Shown one piece after another: positions 40,755 to 50,450 of a stretch of DNA of 64,000 nt. The translations under genes were made by a program, and so were the position numbers. How positions within the stretch are numbered: position 1 is the first letter of the stretch; each line of letters begins with the position of its first letter. The DNA comes from Candidatus Hydrothermarchaeum profundi. Lineage in GTDB: Archaea > Hydrothermarchaeota > Hydrothermarchaeia > Hydrothermarchaeales > Hydrothermarchaeaceae. The stretch is from contig MTMF02000009.1 in assembly GCA_002011125.2 (NCBI GenBank), positions 968,989 through 1,032,988 of the forward strand. Direction: 5' to 3'. The notes beneath the pieces are model-generated. The model was not told the origin of the DNA and did not search any database. It saw only the letters and a list, made by a program, of their open reading frames with translations.

Positions 40755-42348
40755 CTCTTTTCCCCTCAATTGGCAGAGTAAAATAGAAGCAACTACCCTT
40801 GCCATATCTGCTCTTAACTGCAATTTCTCCCCCTAGAAAGTTAACTATCCTCTTAGCCACTGCTAGACCTAATCCCGTACCCCCATACCTTCTAGAGCTA
40901 CTACTGTCCACCTGATATAAAGGGTCAAAGATTTTATCTAACTTATCCGCGGGTATACCCACTCCCGAATCTGATATAGACACCTCTATCATTTCTCCTT
41001 TTCTTCTAGTGTGTATAAGTATCTTCCCCCCAGGCTTATTAAACTTTATTGCGTTGCTTAATAAGTTACTCAGCAAATGTTGGAATCTTTTACGATCAGT
41101 CCTCACATAGGGTAGATTATCATTTAATAAAACTTTTAATTTTATATTTCTTTGGACAAGGGTTGGTTCGAAATACCTAATCGCTGTGGTAATAAGTTGC
41201 TTTACATCTACATTTTCAAATTCCCATTTCAACTCTCCCCTTTCTAACCTAGCCGCTTCTATTAGGTCACGGATTATCATATTTTGTCTGTTTATGGCTT
41301 TCATAGCTATTTTATAGAGTTTTTCTTTTTCTACCGGGTTTTCCTCCTCTTTTAGAAGTTCTATAGCACCTTTCACGATCGTAGTTGGTGTAAGCAGCTC
41401 ATGGCTCACGTTGGATATTATATTGTTCTTTAATTCGTGCAGATCCTGCAATTCTTCATACGCTCTCCTAGTTTTTTCAAAAAGCCTATAATGCTCGATA
41501 GCGACAGAAGATTGTCCCGCTAATGTTATCAGAGTTCTAAGACTGTCTTTAGTAAATTTTCCTTTTTTTTGGCTTGCTACGTATAAAACGCCAAGTGGAA
41601 GACCGCCTCTCGACATGAATGGTACTGCTAAGAATGATTTTAGGCCTTCTTTTTCTACTTCTTGGTAGGGCGCTTTTTTGAGCCTTTGGTCTGAGAAGAA
41701 GTCGTCCACTATTATCGGCTTTTTTTCTTGGATGGCGAGCCATCCTAGGCCTGCGCCTTTTTCTAGCCGTATTCTCTTAAAGTCCTCGGTATGTATGCCG
41801 TTAAAGCTGTGATGAACAATAACGTCATCCTCCACAAAGCCAAAAAAGGCAGCATCCGCGCCAGTAAGCTCCCTCGCCTTACTTACGATGAAACTTAGGA
41901 GTGAGGGCAAGTCCTCTTTTTCGACAATATTTTTTTGAATTTCATGCAGGGCAAACAGTCCTTCAAGATAATTATCTAGTTTTTCTTCCGCTCTTCTTTG
42001 TTCTGTGATGTCTTCAATCATCTCGAGGACACCAACTATCTTGTCCTCTTTCTTAATAGGTAAAAAAGTGCTTTTAATTATCAAATTTGGTTTAATAACT
42101 CTCTCAACACTTCGAATTTTCTCTCCTTTAAGAGCTTCGGTAGCTAGACATTCAGGGCAGAGTCCATCTGCTTGACGTCCGCTATAAAAAACTTTGTAGC
42201 AGTGCTTTGAAGTAGGATCAAATTTTACATCAAAAAAATTTAATATGAATGTATTAACTCTAACTACCTTTAAATCTTTGTCCAAGTATAGTAGGCCTAT
42301 AGGAGCGTGCTCAAAGACGTGTTCAAGCTCCTTATTTTTTTCTTCCAT
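40732..42348 (-). CDS. cytoplasmic PAS-GAF sensor histidine kinase
   Basis: PAS (FEHAPIG; CYKVF...CPEC), GAF (GAGLGW, SFLAVP), H-box SHELLTP, N-box NLLSNAIKF, DSGVG, GGTGLGL. Confidence 0.92.
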   Translation of the reverse strand: MEEKNKELEHVFEHAPIGLLYLDKDLKVVRVNTFILNFFDVKFDPTSKHCYKVFYSGRQADGLCPECLATEALKGEKIRSVERVIKPNLIIKSTFLPIKKEDKIVGVLEMIEDITEQRRAEEKLDNYLEGLFALHEIQKNIVEKEDLPSLLSFIVSKARELTGADAAFFGFVEDDVIVHHSFNGIHTEDFKRIRLEKGAGLGWLAIQEKKPIIVDDFFSDQRLKKAPYQEVEKEGLKSFLAVPFMSRGGLPLGVLYVASQKKGKFTKDSLRTLITLAGQSSVAIEHYRLFEKTRRAYEELQDLHELKNNIISNVSHELLTPTTIVKGAIELLKEEENPVEKEKLYKIAMKAINRQNMIIRDLIEAARLERGELKWEFENVDVKQLITTAIRYFEPTLVQRNIKLKVLLNDNLPYVRTDRKRFQHLLSNLLSNAIKFNKPGGKILIHTRRKGEMIEVSISDSGVGIPADKLDKIFDPLYQVDSSSSRRYGGTGLGLAVAKRIVNFLGGEIAVKSRYGKGSCFYFTLPIEGKRDGKHNVS

Positions 42349-42528
42349 ATTAAACTCCTCAGTTAAAAAAATATACATATAACTTAATCGTATATACTTT
42401 ATGTTTACATATCTGAGTTCAAATATCTACAAAAGTGATTATTTTTCCAGAGCTCTCGCAAAAATTACATAAGAAAAAAAGGTGAGGAAAGCTAAAGTGT
42501 TATATTAAATCACGCATGAGGATTTAAT

Positions 42529-43713
42529 ATGCGTTTTGCACATCTTTCAGATACTCACCTGGGCTATAGGCAATATAATCTCGATAAGAGAGAAGATGAT
42601 TTCTACAAGGCGTTTCATAAGTGCATAGACAAAATAATAGACGAAAAATGTGATTTTGTCATTCACTCAGGGGACCTATTCGATGAACCTAGGCCGCATA
42701 TTAGGGCCTTGGTAGAAGTCAGAAAAGCAATAGATAAACTTCATGATTCGGGCATAGAATTTATTACAGTAGCTGGCAATCACGACATTCTAATGAGAAA
42801 GGGGTCTCTAATACCTCACGCACTTTACAAGAGAATAAAAGTTCTTACACCAAAAAACCCAGTAAAAGTTATTGGAGATGTTTTTATCGGAGGGCTTCCA
42901 TATCACTCGAAAATACATATTAATGCATTAAAAGACTCCCTTAAACTTCTATCCAAGAAATCGCAAGAATATGGGAAAAGAATATTGGTCATGCATCAGG
43001 GGATAGATAAATATTTTGGGTTGGAATACGAGCTAAAGTTTGGAGATGTCCCTAAGGGTTTCGACTATTATGCTTTTGGGCATATTCATAAGAGAATAGA
43101 AGACGAATTTGAAGGGGGAAAAATAGTTTATCCAGGGTCTACTGAGATCTGGAGAGTAGATGAATTAGTTGATTTTGAAAAGAATAGGAAAGGCTTTGTT
43201 TTAGTTGATACCGATGATTTTTCAATTAAAAGAGTAGATATAGACATTAGGCCCTTCATAAAGCTAGAAGTTGAGTCAACTTTTGATCTTAACGAAATTA
43301 AGCATAGGATAGCAGGAAAGAAAAAACCTATTTTATATGTTACTGTTAAAACAGATGATCAGAGATATCAAACTATATATAGAGAGCTGAATAGGGAACT
43401 AAGTAACAAAGTTCTTTATATCGACATAAAAAAGAAAAATATTTCAAAAGAGGAAACTCGTTTTACAGAGGCAGTTGATTTAAGAGACCTCATCAATGAA
43501 ATGATGGAGGGTTATAAAGGAGAGGAAAAGGATTTTGCATACAGTCTTTTTAAAACACTTTCCTCTGGGGATATAGAAGCTGCTTTCACTTTAACTGAAG
43601 ATTTCTATCGGGTATGGGATTCTAATGCCCAGGATATAAAAAATAGAGGCAAGGCAGAGGCACCAAGTAAAATCAAAGAAGTATTCCAGAGCAGTTTGGA
43701 GGCTTATAGATGA
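42529..43713 (+). CDS. mre11: DNA repair nuclease Mre11
   Basis: HLSDTHLG, HSGDLFD, AGNHD, MHQ, FGHIH, YPGSTE. Confidence 0.94.
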   Translation: MRFAHLSDTHLGYRQYNLDKREDDFYKAFHKCIDKIIDEKCDFVIHSGDLFDEPRPHIRALVEVRKAIDKLHDSGIEFITVAGNHDILMRKGSLIPHALYKRIKVLTPKNPVKVIGDVFIGGLPYHSKIHINALKDSLKLLSKKSQEYGKRILVMHQGIDKYFGLEYELKFGDVPKGFDYYAFGHIHKRIEDEFEGGKIVYPGSTEIWRVDELVDFEKNRKGFVLVDTDDFSIKRVDIDIRPFIKLEVESTFDLNEIKHRIAGKKKPILYVTVKTDDQRYQTIYRELNRELSNKVLYIDIKKKNISKEETRFTEAVDLRDLINEMMEGYKGEEKDFAYSLFKTLSSGDIEAAFTLTEDFYRVWDSNAQDIKNRGKAEAPSKIKEVFQSSLEAYR

Positions 43714-46082
43714 TTATCCAAGAAGTGAGCATTAAAAACTTTAGGTCCCATAAGAATACCTCACTTCAGTTCAAAGAGGGGATACATGTTATTGTAGGAG
43801 ATAATGGCTCAGGTAAAACTAGCATCTTAGATGCTTTGAATTTTGCGCTATTCAAACAGAAGTCAAACAAGGAGGTAAATATAGATAACCTTATTAGAAG
43901 GGGGGCATCTGAGTGTATCATTTCCGTAGTATTCCACTCTAACGGTAGGAAGTATAAAGTGATTAGAGGCAGGAAAATCGGAAAAGCTTCAGGAAGTGCT
44001 ATTTATCGAATTGACAATGGAGAAACACTCATCGCAAGAGGAGAGGATGAAATAACCAAAGAAGTCGAAGAAATTCTCAAGGTTAATGGAGAGTTATTCA
44101 CTAGCGCTATTTACATAAAACAAGGAGAAATTGACAGTCTGATTTCGGCTACCCCTTCAACTCGCAAAGAGCATATAGGAAAACTCTTAGGCGCAGAAGA
44201 TCTGGAACGTGCTTATCAGAGGATGTATGATATTTTGAAGGAATATCGAATAAAATTAGAGGGCTATGCTTCTTTGCCTGAAGAAATAAATGAACGTAAA
44301 AATAGGATTAAAGAAGAAGAAAAGGAGATAGAAATACTAAGTCAAAAGTTAATTGAGGTAAAAAATATTCTAAAAAAGAAAAAAAAAGAATTTAAAAGCT
44401 TAGAAGAAAAAATAGGAAACTTGGAAAAACTGCAAAATCTAGAATCAGAAAAAAAGCTATTAGAAAGCAATTTAGATCATATAAGAGACAACATAGAGAA
44501 AATAACTTCGTCAGAATTAGAGCTTGAAAAGACTAAAGAAGCTCATAGACAATATATAAAATTAGAAGAGGAAATCGAAAGGCTTAGAAATGATAAAAAT
44601 AAACTGTTCGTTATAAAAGAGAGATTAAAATCATTAGAAAGGGAACTAGGCAGCTATGGTGAAAAAATCAAGGAGATAGATGATTTTTTTTCACAAAAGT
44701 TTGGCGATTTAGAAGATATTCTGCCTGAAAAAATTTCGACAATAGAACAGCTGAAGCAAGTGTTGGATAGGAAAATAAAAGACATCAAGGAGGAGAAGAG
44801 AAAAAAGGAAGAAGAGAAAGAAAGTATACTTTCAGAAATCAATGAATATAAAGGACAGAATACTGAGATCCTAAGGGCGAAGCAAGAGTTAGAAAAAGCA
44901 GCTGATAAATGTCCCACTTGCGGTCAAACGTTATCAGTTACTCATAAAAATAAACTTATCAGAGATTATTCTAGGAAGATACGGGAAAATCAAAACATTA
45001 TCTCTGAGAAGGAAGTAAAGATTGAGGAAATTAATGAAGAGATCAAGAGACTATCACACCTATTTGAAGAACTTAAAGGAGTTAACCTAGATCTATTGGG
45101 CTCATATGAAAAAGAAAAGAAAGAGGCAGAGAAAAAAAGAAATGAAATTAAGGAATCTATAAAAGAGCAAGAGGAAAAGCTTAGAACACTTCGGGATGTA
45201 GAGTCTTTTTTAACGCAAAAGGAAAATGAGAAAGAACAGCTTAGGGATAAGCATGAGAGATATATAAGCGCTAAAAGATTTCTGAGGGAGAGGTTACCGG
45301 ATAAAGAAAGGTATCTCAAAAAAATGGAGGTCATCAAAGCGAGGATAGAGAGAATCAAAGGCGAGATGGATAATATATTTGGGGTCATAGGATATGTGCC
45401 TAAAGCTGAGGAGCTTTGGAAAGTTAGAGAAGCTTATAGGAGTAAATGGGAAGAACTTACTAAGCTGGAAAAAATAAAGACAGAAAAAGAATCTATAATT
45501 TTAGAAAAAAAGAAAAAAATATCTATCTATAGAGATGAAATAGAAAAATTAACAAAAAGAAAAATAGAAGGCGAACAGCTCGCAAAGTTTGTTACTTTTC
45601 TAGAAAAAGTCCGCAGTTTTTTCCATAAGGATTGCTTACAAAAAGAGCTTAGAATACGGGCTAGGCCTTTAATAGAAAGGTATACTCGGGAAATATTTGA
45701 CCGTTTCAATCTACCCTACTCAGATTTAAAAATTACCGATGACTTCAATATTGAATTATATGGGCCTCATGGGAAAGAAACTGTTGATATGCTTAGTGGT
45801 GGCGAAAAAATTGCTGCAGCACTTGCACTTAGAATAGGTATTGCCAAAGCGTTATCAGGTCGAGCTATGGAGCTAATCATTCTTGATGAGCCGACTATTC
45901 ATTTAGATGCTCAACGGAGGCAGGAACTAGTAGAAATTATTAGAAGACTTTCCTCTATCCCGCAGACTATCGTAGTAACTCACGATAAAGAGTTTGAGCA
46001 AGCCGCCGATGTTTTAATCGCGGTTGAAAAAGTTAATGGCATCTCTACTGTTAAGCAACTTGAATTAATTCTGGAATCGTAG
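43710..46082 (+). CDS. rad50: DNA repair ATPase Rad50
   Basis: GDNGSGKTS, coiled coils with CPTCG zinc hook, LSGGE, ILDEPT, VTHD. Confidence 0.95.
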   Translation: MIIQEVSIKNFRSHKNTSLQFKEGIHVIVGDNGSGKTSILDALNFALFKQKSNKEVNIDNLIRRGASECIISVVFHSNGRKYKVIRGRKIGKASGSAIYRIDNGETLIARGEDEITKEVEEILKVNGELFTSAIYIKQGEIDSLISATPSTRKEHIGKLLGAEDLERAYQRMYDILKEYRIKLEGYASLPEEINERKNRIKEEEKEIEILSQKLIEVKNILKKKKKEFKSLEEKIGNLEKLQNLESEKKLLESNLDHIRDNIEKITSSELELEKTKEAHRQYIKLEEEIERLRNDKNKLFVIKERLKSLERELGSYGEKIKEIDDFFSQKFGDLEDILPEKISTIEQLKQVLDRKIKDIKEEKRKKEEEKESILSEINEYKGQNTEILRAKQELEKAADKCPTCGQTLSVTHKNKLIRDYSRKIRENQNIISEKEVKIEEINEEIKRLSHLFEELKGVNLDLLGSYEKEKKEAEKKRNEIKESIKEQEEKLRTLRDVESFLTQKENEKEQLRDKHERYISAKRFLRERLPDKERYLKKMEVIKARIERIKGEMDNIFGVIGYVPKAEELWKVREAYRSKWEELTKLEKIKTEKESIILEKKKKISIYRDEIEKLTKRKIEGEQLAKFVTFLEKVRSFFHKDCLQKELRIRARPLIERYTREIFDRFNLPYSDLKITDDFNIELYGPHGKETVDMLSGGEKIAAALALRIGIAKALSGRAMELIILDEPTIHLDAQRRQELVEIIRRLSSIPQTIVVTHDKEFEQAADVLIAVEKVNGISTVKQLELILES

Positions 46083-46094
46083 TGAAAAATCAGA

Positions 46095-46379
46095 TTAGGC
46101 TAGCTTTTTTAGAAACTCATCGACAGGTATTATGGGGAAAGTATTCGTTCTTATAGTACCTCGGGAAGCTAATTCTACCATCGCAGCAGCTACGATTACC
46201 TCATTAGGCGCCTCTACAATGTTTAGGAAATCGTAGTTCCCTAGTACAACATATTGTTCTATAACTTTTACTCCCATTTTCTCTAGTTCGGAATTAACTT
46301 CTTTTACTCTGTGTGGATTCTTCTTTAATGTTCTAGCCCCCTCGTCTGTTAAACTAGAAACGATCATATACAGCGGCAA
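46095..46379 (-). CDS. GYD domain protein
   Basis: LTDEGA.T...P.R, QY.VLGNYDF..IVEAP, G.IRT.T pattern; GGAGGTG ribosome-binding site. Confidence 0.85.
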   Translation of the reverse strand: MPLYMIVSSLTDEGARTLKKNPHRVKEVNSELEKMGVKVIEQYVVLGNYDFLNIVEAPNEVIVAAAMVELASRGTIRTNTFPIIPVDEFLKKLA

Positions 46380-46557
46380 TAAATTTCACCTCCTAACCTT
46401 TTATTTTAAATTATAATTGAAATCCTTATTAATCTTACCGTTTAGTTCTTTTAATCTGGCAGGTTGGGCTAGATAATTCACATACCTAAAATTTGGTTTT
46501 TTAATTATTGTAGTGGGCTTAAAAAATTCTGCGGTTGTGCAATATATTAAACAACCA

Positions 46558-46612
46558 CCGAAATCTTTATATACTACTTAACGATAGTTAAGTGAATTTT
46601 AACGATTGTTAA
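46558..46612 (+). promoter_or_regulatory. aprA promoter (BRE/TATA) with two tandem TTAAC-N4-GTTAA operators
   Basis: CCGAAA-TC-TTTATATA (46558-46573), then TTAACGATAGTTAA (46578-46591) and TTAACGATTGTTAA (46599-46612), 21 bp apart. Confidence 0.7.
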
Positions 46613-48336
46613 GGAGTGTTTGTAAATTGGAAATCGATACCGACCTTCTCATTATAGGTGGTGGCACAGCAGGTTGCCTTGCAGCAGTTGAAGCTAAAGA
46701 GCTAGATCCAGATTTAAAAGTCACAATTCTAGAGAAAGCACATATAGAAAGAAGTGGATGTCTCGCAGGCGGGATAAATGCAATTAATGTATACATCCAT
46801 GAAGGAGAGTCTCCTGAAAGTTATGTAAGGTGGGCACGCTGGTATGCCATGGGTTTACTAAGAGAAGACCTAGCCTTAACTATGGCTAGAGAGATAAACA
46901 AGGCTATAGAGAAGGTCGAGAAGTGGGGCTTACCTATACCCAAGGATGATAAGGGCCGATATCTAAGAAGAGGGCGGTGGGGGATTCATGTTTTTGGAGA
47001 GTCTATAAAACCCATTCTCGCGAAGGCAGTAAAAAATGCTGAGGTGGATGTATATAATAGAGTAGTGGTAACAAATCTTCTGACTAAAAGAGAAAAGGTT
47101 ATTGGAGCGGTAGGGTTTGGAGTTAGAAATGGAGACTTCTACCTGGTAAGAGCGAAAGCTACTATCGTTGCAACAGGCGGAGCAGCAGGACTTTATAAAC
47201 CTAAAAATGATGGTGAAGCCCATCATAAAATATGGTATTCGCCTTTTAACACAGGAACAGGTTACGCGGTGGGGATCAGAGCTGGTGCTGAGATGACAAG
47301 CTTTGAAATGAGGTTTAATGCTATTCGTATAAAAGATGTAAACGCGCCGATTGGCACCATAGCTGTTGGTTTTAATGCACCGGTCATTAATTCTAAAGGT
47401 GAAAAATTTATGCAGAAAAACTATGCGCACTTAGGAGGCGAGGCAGCGCCAACTCCACTGCGAGTACATGGGCCAATGGAAGAAATAAGAAATGGTAGAG
47501 GACCATGTTATATAGATACTCGGAGGTTAAATGATAAAGACTTGAGACGTTTGAAAGAAGAATATCTCGACGAATATCCCACACTAGTATTGTATCTCGC
47601 TTCAAACGGTATAGATCTTAAAAATAGGTTTCTTGAGATCTACGGCACAGACCCATATATTGTTGGTGGGCATTGTAACGCGGGGTATTGGATAAATACT
47701 GATCGATCAACTACGTTAGAAGGTCTATATGCAATTGGAGATGTTGCTGGTGGAGCTAGCAGTAAGTTCGTGGGAGGTTGCTTCGCTGAGGGTATTATAG
47801 CAGCTCGCGCAGCTGTTGATTACATATGTAACAAAAATGCTTTGGAAGAAGTAGATCCAGAACTGGTAGATAAAGAGAGGTATAGAACTTTTGCTCCGCT
47901 ATGGAGATATAAAGAAGGAAGACATGGGCCTACTCCTAAGGAAATGGAACTAAGATTGCAAAAAGTTATGGATGAGTATGTGGGCGGTGTACATCAGTTT
48001 TACTTGATAACTGAAAAAGGGCTAGAAATAGCTAAAATTGAGATTAAGGCACTTAAAGAGCAAGCAGAGAATCTTATTGCAAGAGACCTTCATGAACTCA
48101 TGCTTGCGCATGAGTTAATAGATAGGTTAGATGTTGCTGAAGTGCTTATTCATCATCTCCTATATCGTAAAGAGACGAGATGGCCGGGATTCCAGGATCG
48201 GGTAGAGTATCCACATTTAGACGACAAGAATTGGCTGGTATTCGTAAACTCTAGAAAGAATCCTAAGACCGGAGAAATAGAGGTTTTTACAAGGCCTTAT
48301 GAGCAAATTGTCCCAGGGGATAGGTACAATCCATGA
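46606..48336 (+). CDS. aprA: adenylylsulfate reductase alpha subunit (short AprA-like flavoprotein)
   Basis: LIIGGGTAG, LEKA.IERSG, NAIN, ATGG, WYSPFNTG, EMRF, GGH, R.ETRWPG. Real start may be TTG 46627 after GGAG. Confidence 0.9.
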   Translation: MLRSVCKLEIDTDLLIIGGGTAGCLAAVEAKELDPDLKVTILEKAHIERSGCLAGGINAINVYIHEGESPESYVRWARWYAMGLLREDLALTMAREINKAIEKVEKWGLPIPKDDKGRYLRRGRWGIHVFGESIKPILAKAVKNAEVDVYNRVVVTNLLTKREKVIGAVGFGVRNGDFYLVRAKATIVATGGAAGLYKPKNDGEAHHKIWYSPFNTGTGYAVGIRAGAEMTSFEMRFNAIRIKDVNAPIGTIAVGFNAPVINSKGEKFMQKNYAHLGGEAAPTPLRVHGPMEEIRNGRGPCYIDTRRLNDKDLRRLKEEYLDEYPTLVLYLASNGIDLKNRFLEIYGTDPYIVGGHCNAGYWINTDRSTTLEGLYAIGDVAGGASSKFVGGCFAEGIIAARAAVDYICNKNALEEVDPELVDKERYRTFAPLWRYKEGRHGPTPKEMELRLQKVMDEYVGGVHQFYLITEKGLEIAKIEIKALKEQAENLIARDLHELMLAHELIDRLDVAEVLIHHLLYRKETRWPGFQDRVEYPHLDDKNWLVFVNSRKNPKTGEIEVFTRPYEQIVPGDRYNP

Positions 48337-48342
48337 GGTGAT

Positions 48343-48660
48343 ATGTTGACCATCGTGATACACCATGAAAAATGCACTGGGTGCAAAGGCATGAAAGAAC
48401 CTCTATGTGTAAAGCTCTGCCCAGGAGACCTTATAATGATAAAAAATGAGAAGTCCTTCATCCGAGACCCCGGAGATTGTTGGGATTGTATGGCATGCGT
48501 AAAATCATGCCCTTACGGCGCTATTGAAACCAAGCTTCCTTATGAGCTGGGTTATAAAGATGCGCATTTGATTCCCAAGAGAAAAGGGAAGATAATAGTC
48601 TGGGAGCTTGTTTACTCAGACGGCCGAAGGGAAGTATTTGAGAGGCAGGTGAGATTATGA
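48343..48660 (+). CDS. aprB: adenylylsulfate reductase beta subunit (2x[4Fe-4S])
   Basis: CTGC.....PLCVKLCPGD and CWDCMACVKSCP, the AprB-type cluster spacing; lacks the long C-terminal tail. Confidence 0.88.
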   Translation: MLTIVIHHEKCTGCKGMKEPLCVKLCPGDLIMIKNEKSFIRDPGDCWDCMACVKSCPYGAIETKLPYELGYKDAHLIPKRKGKIIVWELVYSDGRREVFERQVRL

Positions 48661-50450
48661 GGCAAACTCCAGTTGGAGGCAGATTAGTTAACAGAGTATT
48701 AAAGGGCAGAGATAAAGTGAGAGCTAAAGAAGCAGCGGCTAACCTCCCAAAAATCAAGATTGAAAATGATATTATAGTCACGCTTGAGATGATAGCTACT
48801 GGAGTGTTGAGTCCGTTAGAAGGATTTCAGGGATACGAAGATTATAGAAGCATATTAGAAGATAAAAGACTTGCTGACGGTACACCCTGGACAATCCCCC
48901 AAATATTCGCTCCGAATATAGAGTCAACTAAGAGTCTAGACGAGATTAAGGAAGGGGAGGATATAGCTCTTATTGGAAAATCAGGAGAACCCATTGCTTT
49001 ACTACATTTGGAGGAGAAGTTTACTATCGATAGAAAAGAAATGGTAGAATATATTTTTGGTACGAGTGATAAATCTCACCCAGGAGTTAATTATGTTTAT
49101 AGGAAGGGAGAAAGGGCTTTAGCAGGAAAGATAGATCTAATACACAGACCTTCATGGGGCCCATTTGAGAAATATAGACTTGAGCCTAAAGATACTTGGG
49201 AAATATTTAAGGAAAGAAACTATGAAACAGTAGTAGGATTTCAAACAGCTAACCCTCTCCATCGGGGCCATGAGTATTTGCAGAAATGTGCATTGGAAAT
49301 ATTTGATGGGATATTTATTAACCCAATAGTTGAAACCACCCGACGGGCGTATTTTAGAAATGAATTCAGGATAAAAGCATACGAGGAGGCTATCAAGGTC
49401 TACTATCCGGAAGATAGAGTAGTTTTTGCACCGCTCAGACTAATAATGCAATATGCTGGACCAAGAGAAGCAGTAATGCATGCCTTGATAAGGAGAAACT
49501 ACGGATGCACGCATTTTATTTTGGGAAGAGATCATGCAGGATACAAAGATTATTACCCGAAATATGCATCTCAAAAAATATTTAAAGAGTTTGAAGAGGA
49601 TGAGCTTGGGATAACCCCCTTATTCTTCCGAGAAGCCTTTTATTGCGCTCGTTGCGCTAATCTAGCTACAGAGAAGACATGTCCTCATGGTAAAGAATAC
49701 CATATTACTATGAGCGCCTCTATAATCCAGGATATTTTTAGGTATGGCTATCTCCCTCCAAAAGAAGTAATGCGGCCAGAAGTTTCACAGATAGCAATAC
49801 AGGGAATCCAGCCAAAAGGGCTTGATGAGACTGGACATGCATTAGAATCTCCTGGAGCAGCAATAAAAGGCATGTTTCCATTCTATATAACCCACTACAG
49901 GCTTGGAGGATATAAAAGGGACAGACCGCTAGACGTTAATTCCCTTACAGTTGCGGATATCCGCAGGGCGCTTCTTGATGTAAGGATTAACGCGAGTAAG
50001 ATATACGAAGAAATCTATGAGACGATTGCTTATTATTTCGATATATCCCGGGATTTGGTTGCTAATCGTAGAGGAGAGGCTTTAGAACAGTCGGTGGATA
50101 GGCAAATTAGATTGATTAAAACTTTGAAGGAAAAAGTTGAGGGTGCACCAGAATCTGTACAAGACCCATTTATGTATCAAGATAAAAACGAGGCCAAAAA
50201 AGAATTAGATATAGCTCAAAAAATATTAAACGACCTTTTCAGGTATAGGCCCAAGGATTTTGGTATAAGAATCTGGAATCCACTAGAATATGAGAGGTAT
50301 CGACATTCTTCGATTGCAACCTCTTCAGTTTATCCGAATATAATCTACGATAAAATGAACCGGGCTAGCATAGAGGACGATGCGAAACCTAATGCATCTA
50401 TCGCCGTCGCTGAAGCAGATTGGAATTATGAAAAGAGGGTAAGAAAATGA
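48657..50450 (+). CDS. sat: sulfate adenylyltransferase-like protein (QTAN variant) with ~215-aa C-terminal extension
   Basis: SPLEGF, FQTANPLHRGHEY, YAGPREA..HA.IR.NYGCTHFI.GRDHAG, Zn site CARC..CPH, RPEV. Confidence 0.85.
   Translation: MRQTPVGGRLVNRVLKGRDKVRAKEAAANLPKIKIENDIIVTLEMIATGVLSPLEGFQGYEDYRSILEDKRLADGTPWTIPQIFAPNIESTKSLDEIKEGEDIALIGKSGEPIALLHLEEKFTIDRKEMVEYIFGTSDKSHPGVNYVYRKGERALAGKIDLIHRPSWGPFEKYRLEPKDTWEIFKERNYETVVGFQTANPLHRGHEYLQKCALEIFDGIFINPIVETTRRAYFRNEFRIKAYEEAIKVYYPEDRVVFAPLRLIMQYAGPREAVMHALIRRNYGCTHFILGRDHAGYKDYYPKYASQKIFKEFEEDELGITPLFFREAFYCARCANLATEKTCPHGKEYHITMSASIIQDIFRYGYLPPKEVMRPEVSQIAIQGIQPKGLDETGHALESPGAAIKGMFPFYITHYRLGGYKRDRPLDVNSLTVADIRRALLDVRINASKIYEEIYETIAYYFDISRDLVANRRGEALEQSVDRQIRLIKTLKEKVEGAPESVQDPFMYQDKNEAKKELDIAQKILNDLFRYRPKDFGIRIWNPLEYERYRHSSIATSSVYPNIIYDKMNRASIEDDAKPNASIAVAEADWNYEKRVRK

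Noticed and set aside
35756-46082. Inteins in HerA, DNA ligase or Rad50
   Set aside because: Protein lengths are normal and no intein C/S...HN junction or LAGLIDADG blocks were seen.
49790-50450. Sat C-terminal extension as a fused APS kinase
   Set aside because: No GxxGxGK(S/T) P-loop or LDGD motif.
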